DNA from: an uncultured bacterium
Lineage (GTDB): Bacteria > JAJVIF01 > JAPKYR01
NCBI GenBank assembly: GCA_965369865.1
Contig: CBDURU010000063.1
Coordinates: forward strand, 1 to 20,075
Reading direction: 5' to 3'
DNA length: 20,075 nt
Made by a program: the position numbers and the translations under genes. Positions 9,376 through 16,630 of the stretch are shown piece by piece (position 1 is the first letter of the stretch; each line of letters begins with the position of its first letter). Below the pieces are notes generated by a model, which was given only the letters and a program-made list of their open reading frames with translations, searched no databases and was not told the DNA's origin.

Positions 9376-9568
9376 TAGCACTTGAAAATAGCTGACAACT
9401 GAGCTCCCAGCAGATTAGTTTGTTGAGTTTTTTTGAAATTCTATAAAAGGAACAACTGTAAAGTGCAGGAGTTTACTGTAAGTTTTAAATGGCTTAAATA
9501 AAAATCCATGCGTAGTCGGGGTGAAAGTAAAATAAGGTTCCCCTGTATTTTGCGGCTACATTATTTTC

Positions 9569-11131
9569 TCAACTGAATTTCTCCGCGACACTCTTCGCCT
9601 GGCAGAAGAGCAATAGATAATCACGTCCGCCGGCCTTCGAGTCGGTGCCGCTCATGTTGAATCCGCCGAACGGCTGGACATCCACAAGCGCGCCGGTGCA
9701 TTTCCGGTTGAAATACAGGTTCCCGACATGCAGTTCCTGACGTGCCTCTTCGATATGTTCGCGATTACTTGAAATCAATGCGCCGGTAAGGCCGTAAATG
9801 GTGTTGTTCGCGATCTCGATAATGTGATTGAAATTCCGGGCTTTGATAAACGCTACCACCGGTCCGAAAATTTCCTCCTGCGCGAGACGTGCTTTCGGCT
9901 TGATGTCGCCGAAAATTGTGTTTTCTATCTGGTAACCTTTCGCACCCTTCTGTTTTCTGCCGCCGCACATCAGCTTGCCTTCCTTCTTGCCGATCGCGAT
10001 GTAGCTCATGACCTTGTTGTACGCGGCCTCATCGATCATGCCGCCGTTGTGTATACCGTACTCGACAGGATTCCCGACCTTGAGCGGTTTAGTCAATTCT
10101 ACAGCACGCTTGAGGACGGCATCGTAGACGTTCTTATGGACTATCGCGCGGCCCCCGGCGGAACATTTCTGCCCCTGTAATCCGAAAGCGCTCTGCACAA
10201 TGCTCTGTGCGGCGAGTTCGACATCGCATTCACCGTCGACCGCCACGAAATCCTTGCCGCCCATCTCGAGGATGACCCTCTTGATCCAGATCTGGCCGTC
10301 GACGAATTTCGCGGCCTGCTCGTTGATCTGCTTTCCGACTTCCATCGATCCTGTAAACACGATAAATCGCGTTTTCGGGTGCTTGACGAGATAATCCCCG
10401 ACCGAGCTTCCGGGTCCGGGCAGGTAGTTGATGACGCCTTTCGGGATGTCGCACTCCTCACAGATTTCGAAATATTTCGCGGCGATCACGGGCGCGGCCG
10501 ATGCCGGTTTCAGGATGACCGAGTTTCCGGCGGCAACCGGCGCGATCGTGATTCCCGACATAATCGCGAGCGGGAAATTCCACGGCGGAATCGCGATTCC
10601 GGCTCCGAGCGGGATGTAATATAATTCATTCTGCTCGTCGGGGAACGGTGTGACCTCGTGAGTGCCGGCGACTCCGGCCAGGCGGATCGCCTCGCGCGCG
10701 TAGAATTCGTGGAAGTCGATAGCCTCGGCGGTGTCGGCGATGGCCTCGATCCAGGATTTGCCTTCCTCGTAGACCATCCAGGCGGCGAGTTCCATTTTTT
10801 TGACGCGCATTTTTTTGGCGATCGCGATCAGATACCTCGCGCGGGCCTCCCACGGGATTACCTTCCATGTCTCGAATGCCTTGAGCGCGGCCTGAAGCGC
10901 CATCTCTGCGTGCTCCTCGGTCGCTTTCGAGACGTAGCCGATCACCTGGCTGGTGTCGGACGGGTTGTACGACGTAATTTTTTCCTTAGTGGTGATTTTT
11001 TTACCGCCGATGACAAGCGGGTACTCTTTCCCGAGTTCGCTCTTGACTTTCTTGAGCGCCGCTTCCATGGCCTTGCGGTTCTCTGGAATTGTGAAATCTT
11101 CGTACGGTTCGATAGTGTACGGTGGCAGCAT
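9569..11131 (-). CDS. pruA: L-glutamate gamma-semialdehyde (P5C) dehydrogenase, RocA/PruA type
   Basis: ALDH motifs PWNFP, FTGS, EMGGKD, AFGLQGQKCSA, EEIFGP, and the family-specific GNLYFNRKCTGALV.QPFGGFNMSGTDSKAGG; GGAGG RBS. Confidence 0.95.
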   Translation of the reverse strand: MLPPYTIEPYEDFTIPENRKAMEAALKKVKSELGKEYPLVIGGKKITTKEKITSYNPSDTSQVIGYVSKATEEHAEMALQAALKAFETWKVIPWEARARYLIAIAKKMRVKKMELAAWMVYEEGKSWIEAIADTAEAIDFHEFYAREAIRLAGVAGTHEVTPFPDEQNELYYIPLGAGIAIPPWNFPLAIMSGITIAPVAAGNSVILKPASAAPVIAAKYFEICEECDIPKGVINYLPGPGSSVGDYLVKHPKTRFIVFTGSMEVGKQINEQAAKFVDGQIWIKRVILEMGGKDFVAVDGECDVELAAQSIVQSAFGLQGQKCSAGGRAIVHKNVYDAVLKRAVELTKPLKVGNPVEYGIHNGGMIDEAAYNKVMSYIAIGKKEGKLMCGGRKQKGAKGYQIENTIFGDIKPKARLAQEEIFGPVVAFIKARNFNHIIEIANNTIYGLTGALISSNREHIEEARQELHVGNLYFNRKCTGALVDVQPFGGFNMSGTDSKAGGRDYLLLFCQAKSVAEKFS

Positions 11132-11215
11132 TTTTATTGTTCCTCCAGGTCCTCAGATCGAGGGTAGGTTAGACTGGTTAAACCCCGACGGCGAGCACCG
11201 TAGCGGGGGAAGGAC

Positions 11216-11244
11216 AATATACGCCTGAGGTGCAGGAAATGCAA
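11216..11244 (-). promoter_or_regulatory. Sigma70-like promoter of pruA
   Basis: Minus strand TTGCAT-17-TATATT; the predicted transcript opens with a GC hairpin (11183-11208). Confidence 0.5.
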
Positions 11245-11390
11245 GCAGGGGTGGATTGGGGAGATATTGTTGTTTCATTTATACATAAAAGTAAATACTA
11301 ATCCGCAGCTATAATTCAATAATGAAATTCCGAAGAGTATGGTATTTTATAATACATTACGAAAATGCGACTAAAATTTTGTTAGGGTAT

Positions 11391-11458
11391 TTCGGGATTT
11401 TAGAATATATTTTGCCAATTTTCTTAAAAATGTGGTATAATAATTCTTGATTTTTGAA
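11391..11458 (+). promoter_or_regulatory. Promoter of the HTH-ImmA/PIN operon with two candidate operators
   Basis: TTGCCA (11412)-18-TATAAT (11436) with TGG extension, bracketed by TTCnnGATTTTnGAA at 11391-11405 and 11444-11458. Confidence 0.5.
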
Positions 11459-11481
11459 ATTTGTGCTAACAGGAGCTATTA

Positions 11482-12600
11482 ATGGATGTGTCTCGGAGAC
11501 TAAAGTTTGCCCGGGAGCGGGTTAACATGACACTTACACAAGTTCGGGATATTACAGCTATTGCAGAATCATCGATTTCCGATTTTGAGAACGGTAAACG
11601 AACACCAAAGTTGAATCAATTACAATCACTTGCAAAAGCTTATCACCGATCGATCACATTTTTTTTAAGTGAAGAACCAATTCGTCCTGAGGTTGTTTTA
11701 TGGAGAGAGCAACCAACGGAAAATTTTGGCGAAATTGAAAGTCAGTTTCTCAGGTTGTGTGAACAGTATTATAACCTCGAGGTTTGGTGTGATGAGTATT
11801 TAAGTATTAACCTAACTAGAATTACAACTGATCCTGGTCTCTTTACTTATGCCCATGCTGAAAATCTTGCGATGCGTGTCCGTGATGAATTACAATTAGG
11901 CAACCATCCTGGACATGAATTACTAAGGGTTTTACAAGAAGAGTGTGGAGTTAAGGTCTTCCATCTCAGGTTTGAACCATCCGGTACAGCAGCATGTACA
12001 TGGAATGAGGTTTATGGGCCTGCAATTCTATTAAATTCAGCAAATTCCCGGTGGCGAAGGAATTTTGATTTAGCACATGAACTTTTTCATTTATTGACTT
12101 GGGACACATTTCGAAAGGAATCTGAAGTTTCAAGTTCTGATGCAAGTGATAAAGAAGAAAGATTTGCTACTTGTTTTGCACGCAATTTGTTAATGCCCTT
12201 TGAACCACTAAAAAAGGCTATTAATGTACGTTCTAATGAAAATAAGCTACATGTAAAAGCAGTGTACGACATTGCTAGATTATTTGATGTTTCTATTCAA
12301 TCCCTACTTTGGCAAATACATTTCCTTTACCAATTAGGCCCTCAAAACGAATTAAAAACTAAGCAGAAAATTGCAGACGTAGAATCGATGAAACAGCTTT
12401 ATGAAATTAGAACGCCAGAAAGCAAAGATCCTGCTATACTACCAGATCGATATCATGCCTTAGCAAATAAAGCTCTAATAAGCGGTAACATTTCAATAGG
12501 TCGTTATGCTGAATACCTTGGCATTAGTAGGTATGCAGCAATGAGAATAGTCGAGCAGGAGGAAAAAGACTTTGAAGAAATTGAGATTACTCCTACTTGA
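11482..12600 (+). CDS. XRE-family HTH fused to ImmA/IrrE (Peptidase_M78) metallopeptidase
   Basis: N-terminal RLKFARERVNMTL...SSISDFENGKRTP HTH; RRNFDLAHELFH zinc motif; EERFATCFARNLLMP; AGGAG RBS. Confidence 0.92.
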   Translation: MDVSRRLKFARERVNMTLTQVRDITAIAESSISDFENGKRTPKLNQLQSLAKAYHRSITFFLSEEPIRPEVVLWREQPTENFGEIESQFLRLCEQYYNLEVWCDEYLSINLTRITTDPGLFTYAHAENLAMRVRDELQLGNHPGHELLRVLQEECGVKVFHLRFEPSGTAACTWNEVYGPAILLNSANSRWRRNFDLAHELFHLLTWDTFRKESEVSSSDASDKEERFATCFARNLLMPFEPLKKAINVRSNENKLHVKAVYDIARLFDVSIQSLLWQIHFLYQLGPQNELKTKQKIADVESMKQLYEIRTPESKDPAILPDRYHALANKALISGNISIGRYAEYLGISRYAAMRIVEQEEKDFEEIEITPT

Positions 12601-13111
12601 TGCAAATATTATTATTAAATTATTTGAATTAGGATTTTGGGACGATATTCTTAATGCTTATGATATCCATCTTTCTCGAACTGTTATTGGTGAGGCTGAA
12701 TTTTATTGTGATGAGTATGGGACTAAACATAATATTAATTTGAGCCAAGAAGAAGATGAAGGTAAATTATCTGTTTTTGAAGTAGATATCTCTGATATTA
12801 AAGAATTCACCGATAGATTCGATGCAACTTATTTAGAGAAACTTGATCCAGGAGAAGCTGAATCTTTAGCGAATATTATGCAAAAAGGTGAAAACTATTC
12901 AATTTGTTCAGCAGATCATATCGTTTATAAGGTACTTGGGAATTTATTAGTAACAGAGAAAGGGGTATCATTAGATGAAATACTAAATGAAACAGGTTTA
13001 TATTGTGAACTACCTCGGTGTTATAGTGAAGCTTTCAGACTCTCATGCTCTATGGAAGGTACAGATGATCGAATGCTAGGTCTTGGAATTATAGAAACGA
13101 AATTTACATAA
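12572..13111 (+). CDS. PIN-like domain protein, putative RNase toxin
   Basis: LLLDANIII (first PIN Asp), TVIGE, LDPGEAESLA, ICSAD acidic pattern; TTG start overlapping the upstream gene by 29 nt. Confidence 0.75.
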   Translation: MKKLRLLLLDANIIIKLFELGFWDDILNAYDIHLSRTVIGEAEFYCDEYGTKHNINLSQEEDEGKLSVFEVDISDIKEFTDRFDATYLEKLDPGEAESLANIMQKGENYSICSADHIVYKVLGNLLVTEKGVSLDEILNETGLYCELPRCYSEAFRLSCSMEGTDDRMLGLGIIETKFT

Positions 13112-13312
13112 TTTACTAACGATCAACGTATTAGTACGTAAAAACCAAACAAGTTCGTGGGTTCGTTAACCCATTTCACCCCTTACCAACACACTCTCCA
13201 GACAATATACCGTCAACGTTGTTTTCTCGCATAAGTAACCGATTTCGCATGGTTCGCAGAGCGAGTTTCCAGGCTTGATCTCATGGTGAATCCTGGAATT
13301 TGGGGTGTAATA

Positions 13313-13371
13313 TAGAGTCACCATAAGGTCATACACCTCCAAAATCGCTTCGCGATTGTGGAGGCGCCACC
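13313..13371 (+). repeat. 59-bp hairpin-containing repeat, copy 1
   Basis: TAGAGTCACCATAAGG..CACCTCCAAAATC-gcttcgc-GATTGTGGAGGCGCCACC; 49/59 identical to 14303-14361. Confidence 0.85.
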
Positions 13372-13395
13372 AGGAGTGTTCCGCGTGGAGGCGGC

Positions 13396-13423
13396 ACCCG
13401 CCTTCGCTAAAGCTATGGCGGGT
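13396..13423. repeat. Small palindromic element ACCCGCC-ttcgctaaagctat-GGCGGGT
   Basis: 7-bp perfect stem; resembles dispersed REP-like hairpins (recalled, not verified). Confidence 0.5.
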
Positions 13424-13517
13424 AAACCGCTCCGTTCAGACCCATTAAACACCTTAATCGACTAGTAAAACTTCCTTAATCGGCTTAGATTAAGATTAAC
13501 AACTTAAACGTAAGTAA

Positions 13518-13557
13518 GTCAATTAACTTGACAAGCTGGTGAATTAATTAGTATCAT
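13518..13557 (+). promoter_or_regulatory. Promoter with palindrome over the -35
   Basis: GTCAA-ttaac-TTGAC overlapping TTGACA (13528)-18-TATCAT (13552). Confidence 0.45.
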
Positions 13558-13655
13558 TCTCGGGATCAAACGGGTCGGTTAATGGGTTCCGACCCTGCAA
13601 TTTTATTGATACTCCTTTAACTCGGTCCGATAAAAAAAAGTGAAGGTGTACGAAT

Positions 13656-14255
13656 ATGAAAAGTAAACTATTTTTTGCGATTGCTATTGTTGCGATGGGA
13701 TTAACAGCCCTGGCGTGTGGCGGATCGACAGGTCCGGTCACAGCTCCGATGCCGGAAAATTACGGACAGGGTCCCAGCGACGGTCCGGACGTACGGGCGT
13801 TTGCTTACTCAGCCTACACTCCGGGATCCAGTGTGCCCGACAAGTACGGCAATGCCGCCCATATCGCCGGTAAGAATATCAATATCGGAACCGTGTCAGT
13901 GGTCAATGATGACCTGGAGATTACTATCACAATGGATACAAATGATCTGTGGGTGATTAGTGAGACACATATCCATGTCGCGAATTCACAGGAGGAATTC
14001 CCGATGACCAAATCCGGCAACCCGAAGGTCGGGCATTTTGAGATGAAGGATTCGCACGACCCGCTGGTGCAATTCTTTTCAGTCAGTTACGGACTGGGCG
14101 ACCTGGTTCCCGGCGACGAGGTTTTCATTGCAGCACACGCGGATGTGTTCCTGATGGAAGACGGCGAAGTGATCCAGGAAGAGGGCGCATGGGCTGCCGG
14201 CATCGAATTTCCGGGTAAAAACTGGGCTACGTATTTCAGTTACATAATCGAATAA
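13656..14255 (+). CDS. Hypothetical lipoprotein
   Basis: 199 aa; signal peptide ending LTALAC; compact beta-rich domain (AGKNINIGTV, ETHIHV, GNPKVGHF, IAAHADV, EGAWAAG..FPGKNWATYF); GAAGGTG RBS. Confidence 0.8.
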   Translation: MKSKLFFAIAIVAMGLTALACGGSTGPVTAPMPENYGQGPSDGPDVRAFAYSAYTPGSSVPDKYGNAAHIAGKNINIGTVSVVNDDLEITITMDTNDLWVISETHIHVANSQEEFPMTKSGNPKVGHFEMKDSHDPLVQFFSVSYGLGDLVPGDEVFIAAHADVFLMEDGEVIQEEGAWAAGIEFPGKNWATYFSYIIE

Positions 14256-14302
14256 TTACTAAATTTCATTAATCCTGTAACGACACCATTGGGGGAAGAT
14301 CG

Positions 14303-14361
14303 TAGAGTCACCATAAGGATATCCACCTCCAAAATCCAGGATGGATTGTGGAGGCGCCACC
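14303..14361 (+). repeat. 59-bp hairpin-containing repeat, copy 2
   Basis: Direct repeat of 13313-13371 with a different but still paired apical stem (AATCCA-gga-TGGATT). Confidence 0.85.
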
Positions 14362-14425
14362 GGAATTCGCTTCTGACTTCACTATAGGTGCGGTGCGAAA
14401 ATCGCTACGTTCCGCACTGCAATTT

Positions 14426-14491
14426 CCGTCAAGGCCTGAATTCATCTACCGTCAAGGTCTATATCATCCTCCGTCAAGGCCTGATTTCATC
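14426..14491 (+). repeat. Three 22-23 bp tandem repeats (iteron/operator-like)
   Basis: CCGTCAAGGYCT...TCATC at 14426, 14449, 14471. Confidence 0.85.
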
Positions 14492-14502
14492 ATAATTTCA
14501 AA

Positions 14503-14567
14503 TGTGGAAAGGTTGTGGGAAAGCTGTGGGAAAAACGCTTGCAATTGGATATATTAATTTGTATAAA
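14503..14567 (+). promoter_or_regulatory. Three phased TGTGG(A/G)AA boxes plus sigma70-like promoter
   Basis: TGTGG at 14503, 14514, 14525 (11-bp period); TTGCAA (14539)-17-TATAAA (14562). Confidence 0.6.
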
Positions 14568-14628
14568 GGGCTTACACCAAACGAAACTTCTTTAGAGGAG
14601 CAATCTTCCAAAGAAGCTGTAAACTCTA

Positions 14629-15250
14629 GAAAGGGATTTTCCCGGACAGGAGAAGAACTTGAAAAAGAGCAATCTTTCGATAGTTTACCTCCTCAAGGCG
14701 TAAAATCCTTGGACTGAGATCTCCAGAAAGGGATGTTCCCCTGGACCGAGTTGAAACAAGATTGGAAGCAATTCCGGGAACGTTGAAACTCAAACCAGGG
14801 TCAAGAGTCCCGGGGACGGAGCCCTCCCGAAAGGGATGTTCCCCCGGACGGGCCTTATACCGGATTGGAAGCGATTCCCTGATGGTACATGGTTCTGAAA
14901 GGGTTAATAGTCCTTAGTACGGGGCCCTCCCGAAAGGGATGTTCCCCCGGACGGGCCTTATACCGGATTGGAAGCGATTCCCTGATGGTACATGGTTCTG
15001 AAAGGGTTAATAGTCCTTAGTACGGGGCCCTCCCGAAAGGGATGTTCCCCTTAACTGAGTCGACACTTGAAAGGAAGCGATTCCCCGACAGTTGAAACTC
15101 CACCAAGGGTAACAAAGTCCTTAGTACGGAGCTCTCCCGAAAGGGATGTTCCCCGGATCGGGATTGATATCAGACTGGAAGCGATTCCTCGACGATTGAA
15201 ATTCCCTGAAGGACCGATAATCCCCAGTACGGAGACCTCTTCTGAAGGGG
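14629..15250 (+). repeat. Tandem array of six ~103-bp units plus a degenerate seventh start
   Basis: Anchor GAAAGGGAT(G/T)TTCCC at 14629, 14726, 14829, 14932, 15035, 15139 (spacings 97, 103, 103, 103, 104); units 3 and 4 are identical. Confidence 0.95.
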
Positions 15251-15362
15251 AGACGTCCCTTTCCAGAAGATCCTCCTGATAGGGCGTCCTGGAAGGAGAG
15301 CTTTGCTGGATTGCAAAATCCAGACGAGCAAAATCTCTTAATGGAGAAGAGATTCTTCGTGA

Positions 15363-15407
15363 AGAGGGAGGGAGACGGAACTTGTTCCAGTTCTCCCTCT
15401 TTTTTTT
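15363..15407 (+). terminator. Intrinsic terminator
   Basis: AGAGGGAG...GGAAC-tt-GTTCC...CTCCCTCT followed by a T run. Confidence 0.75.
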
Positions 15408-15476
15408 GCTCGAAATCGTCGGGTAGGAGCGGCCGGACAGGAAGAGTAGATCGAGAGTAGTATGCTTGAAATCCGT

Positions 15477-15506
15477 AACCCCTCGTGAGAGCGCGGGGTT
15501 TTTTTT
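15477..15506 (+). terminator. Second intrinsic terminator
   Basis: AACCCC-tcgtgagagcgc-GGGGTT followed by T6. Confidence 0.75.
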
Positions 15507-15520
15507 GTACATGAAAAATC

Positions 15521-15570
15521 CATGCGCAGGATGCACAAGTTACAGAAGATTCATGCACAGAATGCGCATG
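15521..15570. promoter_or_regulatory. Two CATGCRCA-N3-TGCRCA boxes
   Basis: CATGCGCA-gga-TGCACAAG (15521) and CATGCACA-gaa-TGCGCATG (15552), 31 bp apart. Confidence 0.45.
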
Positions 15571-15619
15571 TTCTGCAGAAATGCCTGATGGAATTTTGTG
15601 CAATAAAAGGGAGGTTCTA

Positions 15620-15648
15620 TTGCGAAATTGGGTTATGTGGTGTATATA
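15620..15648 (+). promoter_or_regulatory. Sigma70-like promoter
   Basis: TTGCGA-17-TATATA, similar to the promoter at 14539. Confidence 0.55.
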
Positions 15649-15654
15649 AATTAT

Positions 15655-15827
15655 GAAGGGTGAAAACTATCTTCCTGAGGGATTAAAAACCCCAAAGGTT
15701 GATTTAACCCCCGAGAGGAATTTAGAAAAATTCCAGGGGGTAAAAACTCAGATGAAGCTTGAAAAACTTCATCACGAGTGGAGGGAGACAGAAAACCAGA
15801 AAAAAGTTTGTCTCCCTTTTTCTTTTT
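15655..15827 (+). ncRNA. Putative ~170-nt multi-hairpin small RNA
   Basis: Successive stems with A-rich loops (GGAATTT-agaa-AAATTCC inside ACCCCC/GGGGGT; GATGAAG...CTTCATC; CTGAG/CTCAG) between a promoter and a terminator; no ORF. Confidence 0.55.
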
Positions 15828-15862
15828 AGATGATCCCGAATTAGTCGGGGATTTTTTATTTT
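15782..15862 (+). terminator. Tandem intrinsic terminators
   Basis: AGGGAGACAGA...TTTGTCTCCCT + T-rich tail (15782-15827), then ATCCCGA-attag-TCGGGGAT + T run (15833-15862). Confidence 0.7.
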
Positions 15863-15920
15863 GGAATGGGTGGGTTACGCTGTAGAATGTAGCGTAAATT
15901 CAAAGAGGAGCTATCAATCC

Positions 15921-16430
15921 ATGGAAGCAATCGAAGCACTACTTACAAGGCGTTCAATCAGGAAATTTACCGATCAACCGGTGACCGACGAACAGGTCGA
16001 TACGATTTTGAAAGCTGCGATGTACGCGCCGTCAGCAGGGAATACGCAGCCGTGGCATTTTGTTGTTGTCAGGGATCGTGAGATGCTCGATAAAGTAACG
16101 GAGTTCCACCCATACGCCAAGATGATATTGCAGTCTCCGGTCGCGATACTTGTGTGCGGTGACAGGGAACTTCAGAAATTCGATGGATTCTGGATACAGG
16201 ATTGTTCGGCAGCCACAGAGAATTTGCTGCTCGCCGCTCACAGTCTGGGGCTTGGGGCGGTGTGGCTCGGGGTGCATCCGAGACCCGAACGAATCGAGGG
16301 CGCCAGGAAATTATTCGAATTGCCCGACAATATTCTGCCGTTGGCACTTATTCCGATCGGTTATCCGGATGAGTCGAAAACTGACCCGGGAAGATTCAAA
16401 CCTGAGAGAGTACATTTGAATAAATGGTGA
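15921..16430 (+). CDS. Nitroreductase family protein
   Basis: RRSIRKF, APSAGNTQPWHFVVV, DCSAATENLLLAAHSLGLGAVWLG, IPIGYP; ATG 15921 follows GAGGAG; possible own promoter TTGGAA-16-TAGAAT at 15861-15888. Confidence 0.93.
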   Translation: MEAIEALLTRRSIRKFTDQPVTDEQVDTILKAAMYAPSAGNTQPWHFVVVRDREMLDKVTEFHPYAKMILQSPVAILVCGDRELQKFDGFWIQDCSAATENLLLAAHSLGLGAVWLGVHPRPERIEGARKLFELPDNILPLALIPIGYPDESKTDPGRFKPERVHLNKW

Positions 16431-16467
16431 GGTTCTTTAAAATTTACGGGCTGGTATAGTATTATTG

Positions 16468-16546
16468 AGTTTGAAGCCCGGTATCTCATTTGCCGTGAAA
16501 CATTCATAATAAAACAATAATCCCGGCAAGTGAAATGCCGGGCTAC
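16468..16546. repeat. GTAG-family REP inverted doublet (REPIN-like), copy 1
   Basis: The right arm read on the minus strand is GTAG-CCCGGCA-tttcact-TGCCGGG; the left arm is a degenerate inverted copy; 72/79 identical to 18288-18366. Confidence 0.85.
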
Positions 16547-16630
16547 AGCTCTTCTGAAAGATGTGAAGGTCAAGACAGAATCTAGTTTGCAGGCGGCTCC
16601 CGGATGTACTTTGATGAGAAGGTGGCTAGG

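Larger units (their letters stand above)
14574..15407 (+). ncRNA. Putative ~830-nt structured ncRNA of tandem ~103-nt modules (family not recognised)
   Basis: Bounded by a promoter and an intrinsic terminator; no credible ORF; repeated GNRA hairpins and stems that covary between modules, with G-U pairs favouring the + strand. Confidence 0.7.

Noticed and set aside
3468..10868. Long antisense or alternate-frame ORFs (e.g. 3468-4253, 7870-8430, 6409-6900)
   Set aside because: They overlap well-supported genes and show no family motifs.
14801..14845. SAM-I riboswitch-like start (TCAAGAG...GGGAC..GCCC..GAA)
   Set aside because: Lacks the GCAACC and GUGC elements, and the likeness is limited to one unit.
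14879..14913. Hammerhead ribozyme core (CTGATG...GAAA...GTC)
   Set aside because: CTGATGG instead of CUGANGA, no stem II, and not kept in units 1, 2, 5 and 6.
14629..15250. CRISPR or TIGR-like guide array
   Set aside because: Variable segments pair with each other within a unit instead of acting as free spacers; the 103-nt period is too long; no cas or Nop-domain gene is in the window.
15430..15450. SRP RNA-like GCCGGACAGGAAG
   Set aside because: The conserved CAGG...GGAAGCAG domain IV pairing is absent.
14574..15506. Type III toxin-antitoxin RNA array
   Set aside because: Repeats plus terminator fit, but no toxin ORF follows and the units are much longer than known type III antitoxin repeats.
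14502..15603. ORFs 14502-14717, 15067-15279, 15051-15536, 15121-15603, 15338-15538
   Set aside because: They cross non-triplet repeats, hairpins and terminators, have no RBS or recognisable domain, and frames are not kept between units.
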